DNA of 26,355 bases from a virus (lineage: Duplodnaviria > Caudoviricetes): IMG/VR virus record IMGVR_UViG_3300020045_008503, positions 1 to 26,355 of that record; one strand, 5' to 3'. Position 1 is the first letter of the stretch, and each line of letters begins with the position of its first letter. The translations under genes and the position numbers were made by a program. The notes under the pieces were generated by a model that was not told where the DNA came from, did not search any database, and worked only from the letters and a program-made list of their open reading frames with translations. Below are positions 22,442-26,355 of the stretch, piece after piece.

Positions 22442-25400
22442 CTAATGCGCTCTCCAATTCGTGCCGTCAAAAAATGCAATTGTAACTCCAGAGCCGCCAC
22501 CTACTAATATAGAGTTATAACTAAAACCTGAGGCGTCAGTAACGTAAGCCATGTCTCCAATTGTTCCCGCTGGCAAGGTAGCAACTGTATAGCTCTTTAA
22601 CGGTATTATTCCGCTTGCACTCAAATTACCACTTGCATCTGCGACAACTGTTCGTGTTCCTGTGCCTGATAAATTTGCAATATTAAAAACGCCACTGGGG
22701 TTAACGGTCGCTCTAATACCGCTATTTGCGCTAAAATATATAGGTTTAGCCCCTGACGCATTAAGTTCTAAAGAAGACGCGGTATTGTAAAGGTATGCCC
22801 CTGAAACCCCTCCTACGCTTAATGACAGCATTGACTGAGATACTCCGTTAATATCCAAAACTTTTCTAGTAGAGTTTTGAAAATTTGGATTATCTGTTCC
22901 TATCCCTACTCCAACCCCTATGTCGTATATACTAGGTAGATTTTTACGCCCTCCTATCGCATCCCATTTATACGTACTCCCGTTTTTAGCAGCTTGTAAG
23001 GTTATTGCCTCGTATGGGTACAAAGTAAAAGATGGTGCTCCTAAAAAAGGATTAATTATAGTTACATTTCCTATATCTGACACATTACTATAGGTTACAA
23101 TTTTACCATCCCTAACAGAATTAGGATTAGATAATGTTGTAGTGCCTGATTCCAATCTTACAACATTGTCTACATTTAAACTTGTTCTAGGGTTAGTAGC
23201 ATTACTATAACTTTTAGCTTCATCTACTGTATTAGTCGTAAGATTTGAACTACTTAGCCTATTTATAAATTTAGTATCTTCTATTAAATAATCCAACCTA
23301 TGAAAATTACCCCCCTCAATCCTAATTGCGTCTATATTATAAGGTGCTTCGTGACCATCAACATATATATAGGTGTTAACTCCATCCGTATAAGGAGCTG
23401 TGAACCCAGCAGCATTGACTGTTAAAGTTTCGCTTTTTATTTTTACAGGTGTTTTAGCATTGGATAAATCTATAAAATCCAAATAAGAAGGCGAAACGCC
23501 TATTCTCAGACTTGGTATATAAGCCTTATTACCTATTATTTCTATCTGCTCTGGATTCTCACTTACAGTTATGGAACTTGACAAAACAGGCGATAATAAA
23601 TTGCTATAATCTATGGATAGCAATGATTCGGTTGTCCAATCAGTTACTAGTAATTGTGTTTTGTTAAACCACGCGCAAGTCCCGTGACCAGCACCGCCAA
23701 ACGGTGAGGAATATAGGCTTAAATCATCTGCACTCAATATAGTAATAACATTGTCACCATTTCCGCATACCGCCAATAATCCAGCTCCATTATAAGATAT
23801 AGCTAAAGGATTTAATCCTACGGATGCATCTCCAACCTTATAGTATGAAAAATTAGACAAAGAGGAATCAGGCATGGAAATTTTATATTTTTCCACCTTA
23901 GAAGTTCCAAAACAAACTACATATAAATCAGAGCCAATTAGCTCGAACATTTTAGGCTGCGAACCTGTAAGTATTTCTCCTATTTTTAAAGCTGATTGGG
24001 GATTTTGAATATCATATATCTCTATTTTATCCGCTCCATTGCAAGACACAAACATATTTCTACCACTTACAAGCACGTGACGAGGAGCAGTCCCAACTGT
24101 AAAATCATAGATTTTAGTTGGAGACAGGGGGTTTTCCAGAGAAAAGACACCTATTTTATTATTCAAATATTCAGTAACGTACAATAAGCCATTATTTGTA
24201 CACATTCTAGCGTTCAAAGCTCCGCCAACTATAGGAGTTGTCGATTTTGTATTTGGCACATTGTATGATTTTGCCGTAACATTCCCTTCCCCTGTAACTC
24301 CAAAAGTTTCTGAACCTGCTCCGTTAAGCACACGAAAAACTTTGTCTGTGTCTGCTGCTGAACCTCTTTTAATATCAACTGCTCCCAAATCTGTAGTGGT
24401 TGTTATTTGAGGGGTTAAGCTATTGTTGTATGCATCTTGTAAGTCAGTTGGCGAAGATGTTCCTGCTGACCTTTCCCCTATTTTGTCAGCTGGTACAAAT
24501 TTATATTTTGTATCATCTAGTAGAGAGGTAGTTGCTTGTTTTACAATAATCCAACCTATACGGCTGGCAAAGTTCCTTGTATCGGGGTCTGAAGATACTG
24601 CTGCAGAAATCCCCCTATCAGCGGAATCCATGTCGTCGTAAATAACTTGTCCGTAATCCATGTGGATAGTTCCTGTACCACCAAATCGATAGACTACTTT
24701 TACCGTAAATTTATTATTAGGTACTAATGCTAAAATACCAGTTCCATCATCGTAATAATTTGGGTCTACAGTACTCGTGTTTACCGCGTTCCAACCTCCC
24801 GTGCCGTTACGAAATTTATTCCTAAAACTTGTTGCATTTACGGCTGGCTCCGTTGTGATATTAGGCGAATTTCTATTCGTTAAATAATTTGCTCCTTCGC
24901 GTAAAGTTTCACCAGCCGAAACGTTTATTTGCAGGTTAGCCCCGTTCGGACTAATTGTATTACCGCTTCTGTTTATAGAGCCAAAACTGGAAACTAAATC
25001 ATGTAAATCACCAGACACATTAAACATTCTACTCGGTTCGCTTACCGCAAACAAAATAGTCGTAAAAGTTGTATGCGCTAATTTACCTAAATAAATATGT
25101 GTTCGATATTGTTGCGGTGTTGGCGCGGTTGTCTGAAGCACGGTAGCTCCTGTATTGTCTTTCAATACATAAGTAGCTACGGCAGTCAATAAATACGGTG
25201 TAGTCTGTGCTGTAGCAGTTGCCCAAGTTACTTTGCTGACAGTTCCTGACAATGTATTTGAAACGTATCCTTCCCCTGCTACTATGTCATACTTTGTAGG
25301 GTCTGCATTAACTGATAAACCTCCACCCGACAATATACCGCTGTTTGCATTTTGATTCATTACGGATGTTACTTTTCCTATAGTTCCATCCGCACCCATT

Positions 25401-25534
25401 GTGGAAAGATTTATAGGGGTTGTAACCGTTTGAGGACTTAAAGCCCTAAAGGCATTTGCCTTCGTTTCTGTTCCGTTTGCCGTTTGAGCTAAAATAAAAG
25501 CAGGCATTAATAATAATAAAAGTAGTTTTTTCAT
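22442..25534 (-). CDS. Large mosaic tail-fibre/receptor-binding-like protein with Sec signal peptide and beta-propeller
   Basis: MKKLLLLLLMPAFILA-Q signal; DLQDAYNN, YVTN/LVIVD-like repeats, GVGIGTDNP, GTGTRTVVADASGNL and C-terminal YTVATLP...FDGTNW modules. Confidence 0.7.
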   Translation of the reverse strand: MKKLLLLLLMPAFILAQTANGTETKANAFRALSPQTVTTPINLSTMGADGTIGKVTSVMNQNANSGILSGGGLSVNADPTKYDIVAGEGYVSNTLSGTVSKVTWATATAQTTPYLLTAVATYVLKDNTGATVLQTTAPTPQQYRTHIYLGKLAHTTFTTILFAVSEPSRMFNVSGDLHDLVSSFGSINRSGNTISPNGANLQINVSAGETLREGANYLTNRNSPNITTEPAVNATSFRNKFRNGTGGWNAVNTSTVDPNYYDDGTGILALVPNNKFTVKVVYRFGGTGTIHMDYGQVIYDDMDSADRGISAAVSSDPDTRNFASRIGWIIVKQATTSLLDDTKYKFVPADKIGERSAGTSSPTDLQDAYNNSLTPQITTTTDLGAVDIKRGSAADTDKVFRVLNGAGSETFGVTGEGNVTAKSYNVPNTKSTTPIVGGALNARMCTNNGLLYVTEYLNNKIGVFSLENPLSPTKIYDFTVGTAPRHVLVSGRNMFVSCNGADKIEIYDIQNPQSALKIGEILTGSQPKMFELIGSDLYVVCFGTSKVEKYKISMPDSSLSNFSYYKVGDASVGLNPLAISYNGAGLLAVCGNGDNVITILSADDLSLYSSPFGGAGHGTCAWFNKTQLLVTDWTTESLLSIDYSNLLSPVLSSSITVSENPEQIEIIGNKAYIPSLRIGVSPSYLDFIDLSNAKTPVKIKSETLTVNAAGFTAPYTDGVNTYIYVDGHEAPYNIDAIRIEGGNFHRLDYLIEDTKFINRLSSSNLTTNTVDEAKSYSNATNPRTSLNVDNVVRLESGTTTLSNPNSVRDGKIVTYSNVSDIGNVTIINPFLGAPSFTLYPYEAITLQAAKNGSTYKWDAIGGRKNLPSIYDIGVGVGIGTDNPNFQNSTRKVLDINGVSQSMLSLSVGGVSGAYLYNTASSLELNASGAKPIYFSANSGIRATVNPSGVFNIANLSGTGTRTVVADASGNLSASGIIPLKSYTVATLPAGTIGDMAYVTDASGFSYNSILVGGGSGVTIAFFDGTNWRAH

Positions 25535-25543
25535 TTTGTTTGT

Positions 25544-26296
25544 TTATTGATAAAATATTACTAAATACTCTCCTGTTTCTAAAGTGTTGGTAAAACTTAC
25601 TGTCGTACCTGTTTGCGTAAAAGTATTAAAATAACCTGTATTGTTTGCGGTAGATAAAAAGTAAGGTGTTTGATTTACAAAAGCATATAATGCAATTTTT
25701 CCCTCTGGCAATTCAAAATCCTGCTGGGGCTCTAACAATGCTGCAAAATCTATAGATGTCACAAAATTTAAAGTAGGTGAGGGTTTGTTTTTTATAAATG
25801 CGTCGCTGCTAGGGTCTGTCACGTCCCAATCAGATTGCACATTTACCTCTGCACCGTCTTCAATTCCGTCAATCTTATTTTTATAAGCATCTGTAAAAAG
25901 GTTAAAAGTTGCTGTATCTAATTTTAATTCCGATTCATTTACAATAACTACCTGTCCATCTCTTCCAAAATACCCAAAAGTATCAAGTAATTCGTCAAAT
26001 CTATCAACAACTGCTCCGCCTCCTGTCCCTCCTAAACCATCAAAAAACCCTACGTCAATAAGCTTTTCCCATAGAGCTGTAACGCTTAAAAATGTAAAAG
26101 TTCCAGAAGCTATTAATTGAACTTCATCGTATTTTATATTTTGCTGCTTAATTATATTCGCACCGTTCCCAGTTTTGAAATGACAATAGTCGCCAAATGT
26201 TAACAATCTGTTTTGGTCGTTGCGAATTGGTTCTTCTGATTCAAATTCAAAACGGAAATAATTTCCTGTTTCTTTTGTAATTATTAGCCTAATCAT
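25544..26296 (-). CDS. Tail-associated structural protein
   Basis: KIDGIEDGAEVNVQSDWDVTDPSSDAFIKNKP fibre motif. Confidence 0.65.
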   Translation of the reverse strand: MIRLIITKETGNYFRFEFESEEPIRNDQNRLLTFGDYCHFKTGNGANIIKQQNIKYDEVQLIASGTFTFLSVTALWEKLIDVGFFDGLGGTGGGAVVDRFDELLDTFGYFGRDGQVVIVNESELKLDTATFNLFTDAYKNKIDGIEDGAEVNVQSDWDVTDPSSDAFIKNKPSPTLNFVTSIDFAALLEPQQDFELPEGKIALYAFVNQTPYFLSTANNTGYFNTFTQTGTTVSFTNTLETGEYLVIFYQ

Positions 26297-26355
26297 AGTT
26301 TCATGATGTATAATTGAATTATGTATGGCTGCATGTTGTTATGAGGTTGACTTCC
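26293..26355 (-). CDS. C-terminal end of a tail-collar/short-fibre type protein (partial)
   Basis: GSQPHNNMQPYIIQLYIMKL-stop; the HNNMQPY motif is typical; ATGA overlap with the next gene. Confidence 0.7.
   Translation of the reverse strand, partial: GSQPHNNMQPYIIQLYIMKL

Noticed and set aside
3529-24641. Plus-strand ORFs in the track (e.g. 3529, 4038, 6872, 13663, 15378, 19624, 22104, 24423)
   Set aside because: All are antisense shadows of well-supported minus-strand genes, with no recognisable motifs.
19365-25534. Diversity-generating retroelement or invertible tail-fibre switch
   Set aside because: No reverse transcriptase, invertase, template/variable repeat pair or inverted gene segment was seen.
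1-26355. tRNA/rRNA genes, IS elements, prophage attachment sites or host genes
   Set aside because: None were recognisable by eye, so whether this is a free phage or a prophage cannot be decided from this window.

Overview
AT-rich tailed-phage DNA, probably from a Flavobacteriia/Bacteroidota host, judging by TAnnTTTG promoters and a Sec signal ending in A-Q. Every credible gene is on the minus strand. In transcription order (right to left) the window holds tail/fibre genes, a lysis module (muramidase plus membrane proteins), more tail-like genes, a terminator and a conserved promoter, a 4.7-kb accessory block, and early, recombination and replication genes (ERF, SSB-like, initiator with iteron-like repeats, P-loop ATPase, RusA). 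It then continues with terS, terL, portal, prohead protease and the start of an HK97-type major capsid gene. The main discovery is the accessory block (14045-18770), which looks like an integron-like gene-cassette array. Seven 114-187 bp imperfect palindromes with attC architecture (xxxTAAC-A...C-GTTAxxx) separate the units. The 10 or more bases starting at each unit's left GTT are the reverse complement of that same unit's right-hand AAC box, the signature of excisable circular cassettes. Unlike canonical integrons, all cassette genes are antisense to the attC polarity and several start inside their own attC. Three encode methyltransferases, no integrase is present in the window, and an RHH-like/lipoprotein fusion gene sits where intI would be. 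All calls come from reading motifs by eye; no database searches were run.
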